64,000 nt of DNA from the human T2T-CHM13v2.0 reference genome, Homo sapiens, in NCBI RefSeq assembly GCF_009914755.1, contig NC_060940.1; one strand, 5' to 3'. Below the pieces are notes generated by a model. The model did not search any database, was not told where the DNA came from, and saw only the letters and a program-made list of their open reading frames with translations. Shown piece after piece: positions 25,540 through 39,189 of this stretch. The stretch's first letter is position 1; each line of letters begins with the position of its first letter. A program made the translations under genes and the position numbers.

Positions 25540-25850
25540 TATTTCATTCATTCATTCACCAGATATTTATTGAGAGCCTACTATGTGCCCAGAACTGCTT
25601 TGTGCACTTAGCGGTATAGCAAATCAACAAAATAACAAGGTATCTGTTGGCTTACTCCCTGGTGGGCCATATACACACATTAAACAAGTAAACACACACA
25701 TTTAAATGTCAGAAGGTAATAACAGGCTCAGAGAAAAATAAAGCAAGGTAAGCATGAGAGTAGTGGGATGAGTTCTATTTTAGTTAAGGTGTCAGAGAGG
25801 CCCTCTCCATGGAGTTGACTTTTGAGCAGAGACCTGGAAAGCAGAGGAAA
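25540..25850 (-). mobile_element. L2
   Basis: cattcattcattcaccagatatttattgagagcctactatgtgcc...tttgagcagagacctgga. Confidence 0.85.
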
Positions 25851-26669
25851 CTGGAGGCCAGTGAATGCTCTGGCCCCAAAAGTGCTCTTGAGTGATACAG
25901 CCAAGCTTTGTCTGACTCCAGGTCGGATGCCCCTTCCACTGCATCAACCTGTTCTCACTGGGAACTAGAAAGAATTATCAGGGCAAGTCAGGAAGTCAGA
26001 GATGATGCCAGATCCAGAGGAGAGAGCTGCCAGGATCTGGAAGAGATGATTCCAAGATACCAAGAAAGGAAACTCAGGCAGGGCCCAGATGGAGAGAGCA
26101 CAAGGAAGATGGGCAGTCGTACCTGGACCCATCAGCCTGGCCTCTCCCTCACCTCATTCTCAACAGGTCAAAGCTGGGCTCCCCCTCCTTGCCTCAGAGC
26201 CAGCCCCTCTACTGACTTTCTCAGCTGTGTGGACGGCACACAACACCTGTCCAGTCATCCAAGTTCAGCTCATCGTGTCAACCTCTGTTCCCCCTTCTTC
26301 ACTTGTCCTACCCTCAAGATGTCCTGGGGAGCATATGTGAGGATGCACAGCCCAACCTGTCAGGAAGTCCTCCTTCACAGCTAACTCCCTTCCTTGATCA
26401 GCAGCCGGTCCATTCTGTATGGGGCTAGAGTAGAGGAACTGATTGCCAATGAGCAAATAATCTCACGAGAGTGGAAAAACCAGCCTCTTGTCCACACGTG
26501 TGCCATTCTTCCCTCAGCAAGATGGGACAACAGAGCCCCTTCCAGAAGGACCATCACTAGATCTATTTTGCAAGTGTGTATGGGGAGAATGAAGGGCCCT
26601 GTGGTCAGATCTCAGCTGGCCTGATTCCCCTCCCCCAGGAGAGAGCTGGAGATTCTAAGAATTTTGTGA

Positions 26670-26820
26670 TTATATAATTTATTTGCCTTCCCCTCTAGCT
26701 ATAAGCTTCCCAAGAGACAAGAGTATGAGAGCTCACCACTCTATGTCCAACTCTTAGTACAGTCCCTGGTGTATAGAAGATGCTCAAATTGGAATGAAAT
26801 GGATGGGAACCATGAATGAA
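26670..26820 (+). mobile_element. L2 3' end
   Basis: tagctataagcttcc...tagtacagtccctgg...tgctcaaa. Confidence 0.6.
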
Positions 26821-26844
26821 GCTTCATTCTTCAAACTAAAGGTC

Positions 26845-27644
<800 letters not shown>

Positions 27645-28439
27645 AGGCTAACGGCAACTTCATTTGTTGAGGCTGCTCAACTCTCCTGTGATCAACATTT
27701 GTTTTATTTGGTTTTTCCGGCATTTGACCCAAGCTCTGAAAACTCTCAACCACAAGCCTGTCTTCCCCCACCTCCAGGGGTTACCAAACAATGCCCCTGG
27801 AGGCTTGGTCTCGACGTTAGAAACTTGGCCATCATTTCTGACATGTTTTCTTCTCAGAGAGGAAAGTGGAATAAACTTCATACTTGATACAAATGTCATT
27901 CACCCAGCCTCCAAGTCTAGAATTTTGCAGGCCATATTGAACCACTTATTGAAGTATTCAGAGAGCACAATCCTCTTGAAATTATATCACAATCCCTTTT
28001 AAAGGGGCCAGTAAAATAGAACCCAGAAGGGCTCCACTTTCAAACATGGCTATTGAGCAATGACAGCTATTGCTCCAGAAATACTTCTTCACCCTGCTGC
28101 TGTGCTGCCTAGCTAACTCGGGATTCTCTAAAGCAACAGGATGCAGAGATCTGAAAACAGAAAAGAGACCTGCCAGAGGAATCCTTTCATTCTGGTTTCT
28201 GTGAGACTCTGCCTTTCATTTAGGTGAGGGGGAGTCCAGAGGAACAGAAGTGGCTCTATTGAAGTGCCACGTCTGAACCAGATGCTGAGTGTTAACAGAG
28301 CAAATGCCTCTTGGAAAGGAGTTGAAAACTCAGCCAGAGAGAGAGAGAGAGAGAGGGAAAGTGCTTTGCATTTGGGTGGGCTCAGTGCAGAACATGCTGG
28401 AGCCCATAGAAGGAGAGGTGCGGGGAGGAAGGGGCTTTA

Positions 28440-28920
28440 TGTGGCTGCCACTATTGGTGCTACCCCAGAACCCCTCAGCCCACTCTGGGGGTCATTTGCC
28501 AGTATTCCAATGCATGCCAACATCTTTTTCCATCTCTCTGCCTGAGGGCTTTTGCTGGCTGCAGGAGTGGGCTTGGCCCACTTAAAAAGACAAGCTAAAG
28601 TACAGGAAAGTTTGGTGCCTCAAATGAGACCCTCAACCGATGTGAGGTGGGAGTTTGTGAATATATATCCTGGTTTCCATGACGCTCAGTAGAATAATCC
28701 TAGGTGTGTCCCATACACTCCCAGAGGGCTCCCAGTGAGAATGAGCCCAGTTGCCTGCACCAGTAAGTCATTCATTCACACCTCATCTATTAGCTTTGCT
28801 GTCTTCCCTGTCTCATCTTCCCACTCCCCTACAGAGTTTCTTGGGATCACTTCCAAAGTAAACCTTCCATACCCAGTATTTATCTTAGGATCTGCATTTA
28901 GGGAGACCCAAACTAAGACA
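28440..28920 (+). mobile_element. LTR16A-type ERVL solo LTR
   Basis: tctctctgcctgagggctttt and gagcccagttgcc; ends agggagacccaaactaagaca. Confidence 0.8.
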
Positions 28921-29148
28921 GTGGGGAAACCGGTCTGTTGGTATGGAGGCCCTCAACAGCCTCAGGTGTTCAAATGACAAGTGTCAGCAGTCAAAGGACA
29001 GCAAATTCCAGCACTGTGAGGGGAAGGTGATACGTCTGTAAGGAAAGGAATTAGGTGGCCTCCAGAGAAGATGCCTTGACCATGCAACCTCGTCAGTATA
29101 GTTTGGGTGTATGAATGCTTCCCAAGAGAAATGGGCATTCGATGACCC

Positions 29149-29521
29149 TGTATTAGTCTGCTGGGGCAACCATAACAAAGCACCACAGACTGAGAGAAAT
29201 TTATCTTCTTAGTCTCAGAGGCTAGAAGTATGAGAACAAGCTATCAGCAGGGTTGGTTTCTTCTGAGACCTCTCTCTGTGGCTTGTAGGTGGTCATCTTT
29301 TCTATTTCTTCACTCTGTTGTCCCTCTATACATGTCAGTTTCCAAATTTTTTCTTCTTATGAGGACAACAGTCATACTGGATTAAGACTCACCCATTTGA
29401 GCTCATTTTACCTTAGTTATCCCTGTACAGATCCTATCACCATATAAAGTCACATTCTGAGCTACTGAAGGTTATGTCTTCAACATATAAATTTGGCGGG
29501 GACTCAGTTCAGCCCACAGCC
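29149..29521 (-). mobile_element. MLT1B-type MaLR solo LTR
   Basis: tgtattagtctgct...gtcacattctgag...; TSD GACCC. Confidence 0.88.
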
Positions 29522-30434
29522 GACCCCAAGAGAGATGCCCACCTCCAAGCTGAACAAAGAATCTGATTTCATCATTTTCCAAATTCCTGGATGTGACAGC
29601 TTTTGGTTAGAGAGCAAAGCAATGATGAGGCCGAGAGGATGAAAGATAATGAGGCCTAAAATGAGCCTGTCAGATGTAAGGAAGTGGCAGGAGAAGTGGG
29701 TGTGAAGTCTAAGACACAGCAACTCTTTGACCTACCAGTGGGTCTGGTCCTATTTCTATGGAAATGAGCTCATTATGGTTAAATATTTTTTCCAGCTCCT
29801 GGTTGATTCATGAAGTGGTTTCGAATGTTGATAATCACTTCATGAATCACTGACAAACACAAGAGCCAAATATCTGGCACTTGCGATTGCTGTCTCTCCT
29901 GATGAGCATTCCCGCCATGATTTGGGGTGCCCCTCTCTCAGCAACCAGGTGTTCAGACTAGAAAAGCCCTCATTTATATTCCAAAGTCTCCTGCTTCAGT
30001 AGTTCCACACTGGCCATTTTGTCAGGCATTGAATCTCCCCCCAACATCTAATGAACATTAATGATTGAATTCTGAAAGATTATTTTGAAATGCTCACAAC
30101 ATTGGGCATGAAGCTATCAGCCATCAAGTTCTGCAACATTGTTTCCAGGGGAAGTAAAATGGTGTTGCACGGAGGATCCCACGGCGACCATGTTTCTGCC
30201 CAAGGGGGAATCTGCTTCAGCACAGACTATACACAAGACACGGCCATTCCCTCTAGGCAAAGAGAGACGGACTAGTCTCCAAAGAAAACAGAAACTAGAG
30301 GATGAGATTGGAGAAAGATACAGAAAGTTACTACATTGCATTTGGATATTAGGGAGGTGGATATTAGAGCAACAAAAAAGATGTAATGGCTTCCTGTACA
30401 TTTTAAATGTAGAGGCCACTTAAAAGCAGAAGCA

Positions 30435-30604
30435 GGCCAGGCATGGTGTCTTAGGCCTAAGGTTCCAGCTACTCAGGAGACTGAAGCGGGAGGATCAGTT
30501 GAGCCCAGGAGGTCGAGGCTGCAGTGAGCTATGACTGCATCACTGCACTCCAGCCTGGGTGACAGAGTGAGACCCTGTCTCAAAAGTAAAAAAAAAAAAA
30601 AAAA
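30435..30604 (+). mobile_element. FRAM or AluJ right monomer
   Basis: Single monomer with A tail; partial TSD aaaagcaga. Confidence 0.85.
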
Positions 30605-30619
30605 GCAGAGACAGACAAA

Positions 30620-30930
30620 TCTTTTTCCCAGATACCTGCCTGGCTCACTCTCTCCCTTCATTCACCTCACCTCACCTTCCTGGCCACCCCACAGATAGAG
30701 CACCTGCCGGCCTTCTGCTCCCCTTCCTTTATGTATTGTCCTCCCCGACACTTATCCCTACCTACCACGTGATAGATCTACCTATCGGCTTATTTTCTGC
30801 CTCCTCTCACAAGCAGGTAAGCTCCAAAAGGCGGGGATCTCTGTCTGTTTTGTTCTCTGCTACAGACTCATGCCTAAAACAGTGCTTGGCACACACAGTA
30901 AGTCCTTAATTAATATTAGCAGAATGAATG
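30620..30930 (+). mobile_element. L2 3' region
   Basis: gtaagctcc...tgtctgttttgttctctgct...cctaaaacagtgcttggcacac. Confidence 0.8.
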
Positions 30931-31459
30931 ATATAAGCGTGATAGGTATTATATTGAACATAAAGAAGAAAATCTGCAGAACTTGAAAAAAGAGGAATGC
31001 TGTCTGGATGATCACTTCTCCCACTATCCCAGGCACACATTTATAGGTCTCTTGAGTCCTTGGTGAGAAGGAGCAAGGATCCCAGATTAGATTGTATGAA
31101 GAATCAACTGAGTTCTTCATACACAAGTTGGTATTCAGTTCTCATACCTGTGTAAACTGTGGCACCCCCAACATATCATGTCAAAGCCTTCACTAAATCT
31201 GAAGAAAAGATCTCCCTCCAGATGCTCTGACCAAGCCATGTTTGGGTAGACCCCAAATAACCTGTGAGGTTCAGACCCAGGAGCCCAGAGTTGGCACAAT
31301 CAGGTAAGAGGCTCTCTTCTCCCAAGGCTGCCTTAGCAAGGCTTATTTATGTTCGGTTGTGTAGTGGAATTTCTACATGCCATTTAAGTAAAGTCAAATA
31401 ATGGTTTCGCTGAAAGGGCCTTTCTGGATTATCTACTTCCTCTTCACTGGAAATGTAAC

Positions 31460-31731
31460 TTGTAAGGCTCAGAGAGGTAAAATACCCAACCCAAGGTCAC
31501 ACAGCAAATCGTGGTAGAATCAAGACAGAAACATAGGCCTTCTAATTGTCACTGGGGTGTGTATGTTTCCACACTAAGCTATCCACCTATATTCTAAATT
31601 TGAAGAATCTTACTTGAAGGGAGGAAATAACTGATGATCTTACCTGGCTGTATGTAGACCAGAAGAAACCAAGTGGGTTAGGTCAGGATTCCTGGGGCCT
31701 CTGGTGTGTATATATATATAACTATATATAT

Positions 31732-31780
<49 letters not shown>

Positions 31781-32090
31781 GTACCTTGGAGGTTGTCTCA
31801 CCTAAACACCCCACAATAAGATGGGCAAATGGAGTTTAGAAAGAGCAAGTAATTTACCTAAAGTCACACAGGGAATGAGTTGGAAGACTTAGAACTAGAC
31901 CTCCAGCCCTGGTCCTCAGTTTAGGCCAATGTTTACCATATCCCACCAACTTGATCATCAGCTACAGTTCTTAGAAAGAACCTTAAGGGTCATTTTGCCC
32001 AAATGCCCATTTTCCAGATGAGGAGACTAAGGATGAAAAGTCAAAGTGAATGTTAGAGTTTGGGCCAGAGCCTAGGTCTAGGTTTCTTTT
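31460..32090 (-). mobile_element. Cluster of MIR fragments
   Basis: ggctcagagaggtaa...ccaaggtcacacagc; aagtcacacag; cccattttccagatgaggagactaagg. Confidence 0.65.
31709..31777. repeat. (TA)n plus (TG)~21 microsatellite
   Basis: Directly visible. Confidence 0.95.
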
Positions 32091-32267
32091 CCTCACAGCC
32101 CCTTTTCTGTGCCCCTCCTCTGTTTGCTCCTTTTAAATCTTAGGACTTCCTCAAGAGAAAAGAGCCCCTCCTTGACTTCAGCATCCTGGGAATGGGTTTT
32201 TCAGGAGCCTTCTCTTGATTCTGCCCCCCAGTGGCAGAGATTCAGCAGAACCACCCACTCTGTCCTT

Positions 32268-32680
32268 CTTTTATTCAACAAGAAGGCATTGAGCATCTAA
32301 TATGTGCTCTTCACTGCAGTCCACAAAGATTTGTTGACTGTCATGTGCCAGGCACAAAGAAGGGGCTGAAGATACAGCAGTGAGCCAAAAAATTATGGCA
32401 ACAATAGCACAGTTCCTCTCCTCATGACCCTCACAGTGCAACAAGGAAGGCAGCAATTAAGCAAACAACACTTCTAGTTTGCTTCCAAATGCAACTCCAA
32501 TTGAGTGATACAAGTGCCATGGAGGAGACAATAGAGTGCATGAGGGGGATCTAAATTCAGGGAGGTTATCCCCAAGAAAGTGATGTGTAAACTGATGCTT
32601 GAAAAAGAGGTGAGAGCCATCCAGGATAAAAGGGGAGAGGAGGAATATAGTGTGAAGGCCTCCACAGAGGGGGCAAGCCA
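32268..32680 (-). mobile_element. L2 fragments
   Basis: ttattcaaca...ttgagcatcta; atgtgccaggcac; ggagg...gaaagtgatg. Confidence 0.65.
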
Positions 32681-33011
32681 TCTCATTCCTGAGCTGCAGG
32701 TGCATGAGCCCATCTTTACCCAGAGTACTCAGTGACCAGGTGGTTCAAATGTCAGAAGCTTCTGGCCACCTGGAATTTGACCAAGAAATGTGTCATCTTC
32801 CAACCCTAGAGGTAAAAATGTTTTGTTAAATTATCTCTGTCTCTTAACTACACTAACGGTGTCTTGCAATACTGAAGGGTGATTCAGGACAATTTTGGGC
32901 CTCGGATTCCTCATTTCCAGCTACAGACAACAAACAGGGCCATCCTCACTGGAAGAATGAGCTGTGTCTCCATGCTCTAATTTCAGGGCTGCTGAGGACA
33001 CTGCCAGTTAA

Positions 33012-33190
33012 TACTATGGGCACTGGAGTCCAGAAGACGTGGGTTCTAGTCCCAGATCTGCCTCATACTAGCTGGGAGACCTCAGGCAAGCCACTGTACC
33101 ACCCTGGGCTCAGTTTTCCCTACTTCTTAGACTCCTTGAAATGTCCAAAGGTGATTAGGTCTGTTAATTCCCAGCACACTGTAGGTACTC
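33012..33190 (+). mobile_element. MIR SINE
   Basis: ggagtccagaagacgtgggttctagtcccagatctgcc...ctgggctcagtttt. Confidence 0.75.
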
Positions 33191-33309
33191 TATGTCAGTT
33201 TCCTTCCTTTCCTACACCTTCAACAAACTTCTCTTCACCTTGTGCCCCAGGGTGTGGTTAGATCTTCATTCCTTTAACACAACCACTTCTCTTGTTAAAA
33301 TGGAAACAG

Positions 33310-33452
33310 GAGCCAGGTGTGTTGGCTCATACACGTAATCCCAACACTTTGGGAGGCTAAGATGAGAGGATCACTTGAGGGCAGAAGTTTGAGGCCAGCC
33401 TAGCAAACATAGCAAGAGCACATCACTAAGAAAGATAGTAATAAATAATAAA
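33310..33452 (+). mobile_element. FLAM_C-like Alu monomer
   Basis: Left monomer only, with a degenerate A-rich tail. Confidence 0.8.
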
Positions 33453-33499
33453 TTTTTTAGAATCAAAAAAGAAAATAAAATATGAACAAGGAAATGTCC

Positions 33500-33940
33500 A
33501 TAAAGTAGGGGGTACTTGAACTGGGCTTTGATGGATAAGGGGGAATTTTTTAAGGGGACAAGGGGGTGAAGGAAATTCCAGGAAGATAGAATCACTTATA
33601 CGGAAGCATATAGATCTGAGAAAAAAAATCACCAAAGAAGCCAGAAAGGAAAGAAGCACAGAATGGGGTAATGTGGTTGGAGATGAGGAAAAGAAAGATC
33701 CCCATGAAGCAGCTTGTGAACAGCCTTGAATGCCACCCCAAAGAAACTTCCCAGAGGTGATGAGGATTGAAGCTTTTTCAGTGGAGGAATGATGAGATCA
33801 TATTGATTGCTTTGAAAGGTAGCTCACTCTGGGCAGCAGCTGGAAGATGGAGTGTTGGAAAGAGACAAAGCAGTAAGGTAATCATTTAAGAGATTTTTGC
33901 AAAAGTCTGGATGGTACATGAACAGCTTAGGGCTGTGGGC
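33500..33940 (-). mobile_element. L2 internal fragment
   Basis: cttgaactgggctttgatggata; gccttgaatgcca; ctcactctgggcagc. Confidence 0.55.
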
Positions 33941-35090
33941 TGCAGGACAGGTGAAGGTGAGGAGGGCTAGGGCAGGGAGTGGTCAGGAAATGGGTCCAGA
34001 GGCAGGTGGTTGGAACCAAGAGGCACTGCCCTGGACCCTCCAACAGGCTGCCTCTTCCCCTCTGCACCACCCTTGGTGTGAGCCCAGAGGTGATGTACCC
34101 CACTCCTGACCAAATAGGAGATGTCTCACAAGCACCTTCCTTCCCTGTCCCTTTCTCTTCTCCCACTTTCTTCCTGGTGCCTGGCAGCCAGTCTTCTCTA
34201 GCTGTATTTTTTTTCTTTCCCTGTAACTTGTCAAGCACTTCTTTGTGCTTTCCAAGCATCCTCCAACAGAGCCCTGACTGACATCACTCATCCTCCCACC
34301 AGCCTCCCCCTGCCCGTCGGCTTCAGGAGCGTCTCCATCGCCCCTCCTGAAACCACAGCAGATGCATGCTTTACACACAGCCTCCTCACCAACCGAGCCC
34401 TTATCTCAGTCTGCTTTTTAGCTTAAAATAAGTTTCTAAAAAACTTCTTTTGAAAATAGCCTCCCTCGCTGCAATAATATCCAGGTTGAATTTTCAACCA
34501 TTGTCTCTTCAGACAGGGGACTTCGTCTGACTAAATCAGGTGATATGTGTGTTGCCAACACCTCCCAGCCTATGTCAGCATGCCTTTGATGAAAAATATC
34601 TTATCTATAATCAGTTTACTGGATTGTGCACCCAAATTTCCTCTACAAAATATGAGACTGAGAGGCTTCACCAGCGTTTTCTCACAGCAGCAGTGCAGCT
34701 GTGCTTTGATAAAACTCACAGACTCTTCCCTAGAACTCATCAGAGTCCACTAGAGCCTGGGTTCCAACCCAACATCCACCGTCTCTGGGCAAAACTAAAT
34801 TTAAGTTGTATTTTAAAAATGTATAAGGTGACTGTTAGTGTTAAGCAAGAAAATAGAGATGATTTCAACAGATAATGAATTATTGTCAGCCTACTCTCCT
34901 CCAGCTGTGCAAGACGCCATAGACTCTGTCTTCATGCACCTCACAGCTAGGTGGGAGTGCTGGGAAATAAACGTAAAAATAAATTATTTGTCATTTGAGA
35001 TAATAATGGCAATACTGTGAGTATGTGAAAGAGACTCAGCTGACTGGGTGATGGCCAAGCTGTGATTTGTCAAATGCAAGAGTTGGTATT

Positions 35091-35096
<6 letters not shown>

Positions 35097-35125
<29 letters not shown>
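35097..35125. repeat. poly(A), about 29 nt
   Basis: Directly visible. Confidence 0.9.
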
Positions 35126-35127
<2 letters not shown>

Positions 35128-35569
35128 TCAAAACCCAATGCTGATGAACTTGTGGTGAAAATTGCCTGATGTTATAAGAAAATAATATGAAAATGCAAGT
35201 AAAAAATCAGAATGGTGCACATAATCTCCCCCCTCCCACCAATAATAAACCTAGGAATTTATTCTAAGTTACAATTCAAAAAGAACAAGAGTGCTTAATG
35301 ATGTTCTGTGTATCATTTTCTAGTATAAGAGGTCCAGGTAATTGAGATACATCCACCCAAGGATATAATATGTAGTTATTCAAAGTAATCGTGGAGACTA
35401 GCCATTTGAACTAAGATCTTTGGGATCTTTGGGATCTAATTTCAAGTAAAAGAAAAAATACAGAATGTTACACTCAATAACTGCATTTGCTTTCTGCACT
35501 CAAATTCATCACTTCTAGTGGGTTATGCTTTTAAACATCAATAGTCTGAAAGATCTTTCTGGTCATGCT

Positions 35570-35750
35570 TCATTGGCTATCAGAACAATGCTGTGAGGTT
35601 GATAGTATGGTCTATGGTCCCCATTTTTATAAATAAGATAACTGAGGCTCAGAGAGATTAAATAACATGCATGCAACATGTAAATCCAAGAGCAGGAGCT
35701 CTGATTTCCGTCTCCTAACTCCAAATCCAGGGCTCTTTCCTTAATTCCAT
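35570..35750 (-). mobile_element. MIR SINE
   Basis: ccccatttttataaataagataactgaggctcagagagattaaataac. Confidence 0.8.
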
Positions 35751-36268
35751 CAGCTAACCACGTGAGATGACCAGGAAGAACTGCTAATGCTGTGAGCAGA
35801 TGGGAGGCTGTCTAGGCCATCTGTCTGCTACTAAAGGAGGCCATGAGGAAGGCTGCAATTCCTTCTAAGAAAGCCTGCATGTGTCTTTGTTCCGAGACAC
35901 CTTAGCCAACCAGTGGGGATGGAGAGGGTGGCTATATTCCAGCTGGAATCATGGCACCTAAAGGTGAGCATATTGTCAGGGAAAATGTATAATCAACATG
36001 CGCTGATTTATGCAATGCTGTAATTGAGCTTAGCACTGGGGGATGGGGATGGGGGACAAAATACCACCTTTAGTACCCCATTGCAAGCATCTAAGAGTGT
36101 GCACTTCATTCATTCATCCGCCAGTGGACACTTAGGCTGTTTCCACATCTTGGCTATTGAGTAATGCTGCAATGACTCTGGGAGTGCAGATATCGCTTTG
36201 AGATCTTGATTTCAATTCTTTTGGAACATAGCCGGAAGGAAGATGGCTGGATCACATGGTAGTTTTCT

Positions 36269-36355
36269 TTTTAATTTGGGGGGGAGTCTCCATACTGTTT
36301 TCATTTGGGGGGGAATCTCCATACTGTTTTAATTTGGGGGGGAATCTCCATACTG
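36269..36355. repeat. Tandem repeat, 3 x 29 bp
   Basis: Unit ttttaattt(g)7aatctccatactg, 1-2 differences between copies. Confidence 0.95.
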
Positions 36356-36759
36356 CCTACACCATTTTACATTCCCACCAACAGTGCACAAGAGTTTCGA
36401 TTTCTATAAATGTACAATGGAATATTTTTCAGCCTTTTAAAAGAGGGAAATCCTGCCATATGTGACAACATGGATAAACCTGAAGGACATTATGCAAAGT
36501 AAAATAAGCCAGACACAGAAGGACAAATCCTACATGATACCACTTATATGATCAACTGAAAATAGTCAAATTCATGGAACCAGAGAGTAACCACAGGCTA
36601 AGGGACCTCGGGTCAGGGAGAATGGGGAGTTTCTATTCAATAGGCAACAAGATTCAGTTATGTGAGATGAAAAAGTTCTAGAGATCTGCTATACAACTTT
36701 GTGCCTACAGTGAACAATAGTGTATTGTGCATTTAAAAATTTGTTAAGAGGGTAGATCT

Positions 36760-37049
36760 GACTGGGCATGGTGGCTCATGCCTGTAATCCCAGCACTTTG
36801 GGAGGCCAAGGCGGACAGATCACCTGAGGTCAGGAGTTTGAGACCAGCCTGACCAACAGGGAGAAACCCCGTCTCTACTAAAAATACAAAATTAGCTGGG
36901 CATGGTGGCGGGCGCCTGTAATCCCCGCTACTTGGGAGGCTGAGGCCGAAGAATCGCTTGAACCCGGTGGAGGTTGCAGTGAGCCGTGATTGAGCCATTG
37001 CACTCCAGCCCGGGCAACAAGAGCAAAACTCTGTCAAAAAAAAAAAAAA
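36760..37049 (+). mobile_element. AluSq/Sp inside the L1 3'UTR
   Basis: Full Alu; TSD gtagatct/gtaaatct. Confidence 0.93.
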
Positions 37050-37099
37050 GTAAATCTAACATTCAGCGTTCTTACCACAATCAAATATAAGGAGGGTAT

Positions 37100-37435
37100 A
37101 CGTCTGAGTTAGACTGCCTGAGCTCACATCTGGTTTCCCTTCACTTGCTGTGGTGACCTTGGGCAAGTCACTGAAACTGTGTGTGTCCCTGTCTCCTCAT
37201 CTATAAAATAAGGAGAATTTAGTACTCGCCTCATAGAAGTTCAATGTTTTTCCAATATTGCTAAGCATGGAACAGTTCATGGAATGTATTAGGCAGACAT
37301 CACCCTAAGTGATTTATATACATTTGTGATTTTTACCCTCAAGGCAGTCCCATGAAGAAGGAATTATTATCTCCATTTTACAAATGAAGAAATGGAGGCT
37401 TCGGGGATTGAAGGTTTTTCACAGCGCAGAGGCAG
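37100..37435. mobile_element. Two MIRs in opposite orientation (plus at about 37100-37290, minus at about 37290-37435)
   Basis: gtgaccttgggcaagtca...ctcctcatctataaaat; ccattttacaaatgaagaaatggaggct. Confidence 0.75.
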
Positions 37436-37899
37436 AAGAGATTCCGCTGGCTGGTGTGTCCCTGGAAGCCTCCCTGAAAGAAATGGCCTTGCACCTGGGC
37501 TTTAAAGTACAGAGAAGGTATAGATCTGCCTTTTTAGAGTACTTATGGCAGGGGAAAAGGCAGAGAGTTGAGAAAGTAGATGGATGCTCAAGAATAAAAA
37601 GACCAATGTCTCACAGGCCTTATCTGCCCTCAGCCTTGCATGCTTGGCCAGGGTGCCTGAAGACCTGTTCTTGGCAGTGGTCAGTCGGTAAAGGCTGCAA
37701 GCAGGACAGAAGCAGTATGTGCAGACAATCGTCCATTAATTTGGTCAAACAAGGTGCACCAGGATCCCACCTCTACTGCCAGCTTACACCCTGAACATTC
37801 CCAGCATGCCCTCCTGGGAAAGGCCCTGAGCGAGGTAAGGAAGCAGGAACAAGTGGGACACACGCCCGGCAGTCACAGGTGCCACAGTCCAGCCCCGTG

Positions 37900-38060
37900 C
37901 CTCTCAGACTTGACGGAGCATTCAAATCCCCCAGGGAGCTCATTACAAACGGATGCTGACTCAGGAAGCCTGGGCTGGGGTCCTGAGAATCTGCATTCCA
38001 TACACACTCCCAGGTGATGCTGATGTTGCTGGTCCATGCCCCACACTTAGAGGAGCAAGT
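37900..38060. mobile_element. MER5A
   Basis: ctgagaatctgcatt...cccaggtgatgctgatgttgctggtcc...ccacacttagag. Confidence 0.8.
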
Positions 38061-39189
38061 TTATAAAATGTTTCTAGTCTCATCACTGCAATCCCACAAG
38101 CAGCATTAATGCCTGGCCCAGAGTGATTGCTTAAACATTTGTTGAATCAAAGAAGTTTAATCACCGTTACTCCTGTTATCATTGAGTTTGATTAAGTAGG
38201 TCCCCTCCCTGCCACATGCCAAGGGCCCATTTCTTCTTCCTTGCTACATCTTCCTCCAATCCAATTAGTAGAATCCAGCCTCCCTTTTCCACCCTCTCAC
38301 ATGGTCTTCATGGATGGCTTTAAACAACGAGATTTTTGTTTCTGTTTATTACACAAATAATGCATGTTCACTGAAAAAGAAACAGGGAAGAAAAGAAAAA
38401 GCAAAAAGAATTTTAAACCCTGCAATCTGATACACATCCTTTTAGATTCTAGGTGTGTGTTACAGCATGAGAACATACTTTACATTCTGTTGGTATTTAA
38501 GTTTTCTTAAATTATGAGGACTATTTTCCCATGTTAGAAATATTATTTTAATAGCTGCAAAATAGTCATTACTGAAGTTTCATATATCACTATTCATTTT
38601 ATATAAGTTACAGTGACCTTAAAACAAATAAGGTTCATACTGAAGAAATGATGGACAAAAATATTTTAATGCCTGTGATTGGCTTTAAAATGATCCAGTG
38701 AATGGGGAAGTATGAGGGAATAGACAATATGACCAGCCACATCTTGGTAACTGTTAAACTATATGGTGGTCATATGAGGGGTGCATTATATGATTCTCTA
38801 GCTCATGAGTAAGTTGGTAAATTTCCAGAATAAAAGTCAAAAAATAAAAGCAATTGTCCAAATTAGATGGAAGAGGAGGATTCTGAGACAAGAATGGAGG
38901 TAGAAAGTGTTTAAAGCTAGTTTTTTGCACCCAAAGAAAGAATAATGTTTCATTTAGGACTATCGAGCCTGTCACTTCAACATATTCAAGTTCCTTGAGC
39001 TACTAAATTGAACTGGAATAATCTGCCTTTATTATTTCCTGTCCTCTTAGAATAGATTTGCATTTTAAGTGTATGCCTAACATCATGTCTAAATTGGAAC
39101 TAATTGGGACATTCGGAAACATGGAGGCAGACACTGGCCTCATTGGAGAAAACATGGGGTTTGCCCATTTGGAGCCTTGCAGGCAGATG

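Larger units (their letters stand above)
36106..37090 (+). mobile_element. L1MA9/L1MB-type element with a 5' inversion (minus-strand part 36106-36404, plus-strand part from 36405), inserted in a MIR
   Basis: The inverted ORF2-end segment abuts the sense 3'UTR (aagttctagagatctgc...ttaagagggtagatct...ttcttaccaca). Confidence 0.8.

Noticed and set aside
25908-26384. 158-aa ORF in mostly unique DNA
   Set aside because: Non-ATG start, no recognisable domain and no convincing splice boundaries; the length is attainable by chance.
36269-36355. 29-bp direct repeats superficially like a CRISPR array
   Set aside because: No spacers, eukaryotic context, and derived from L1 sequence.
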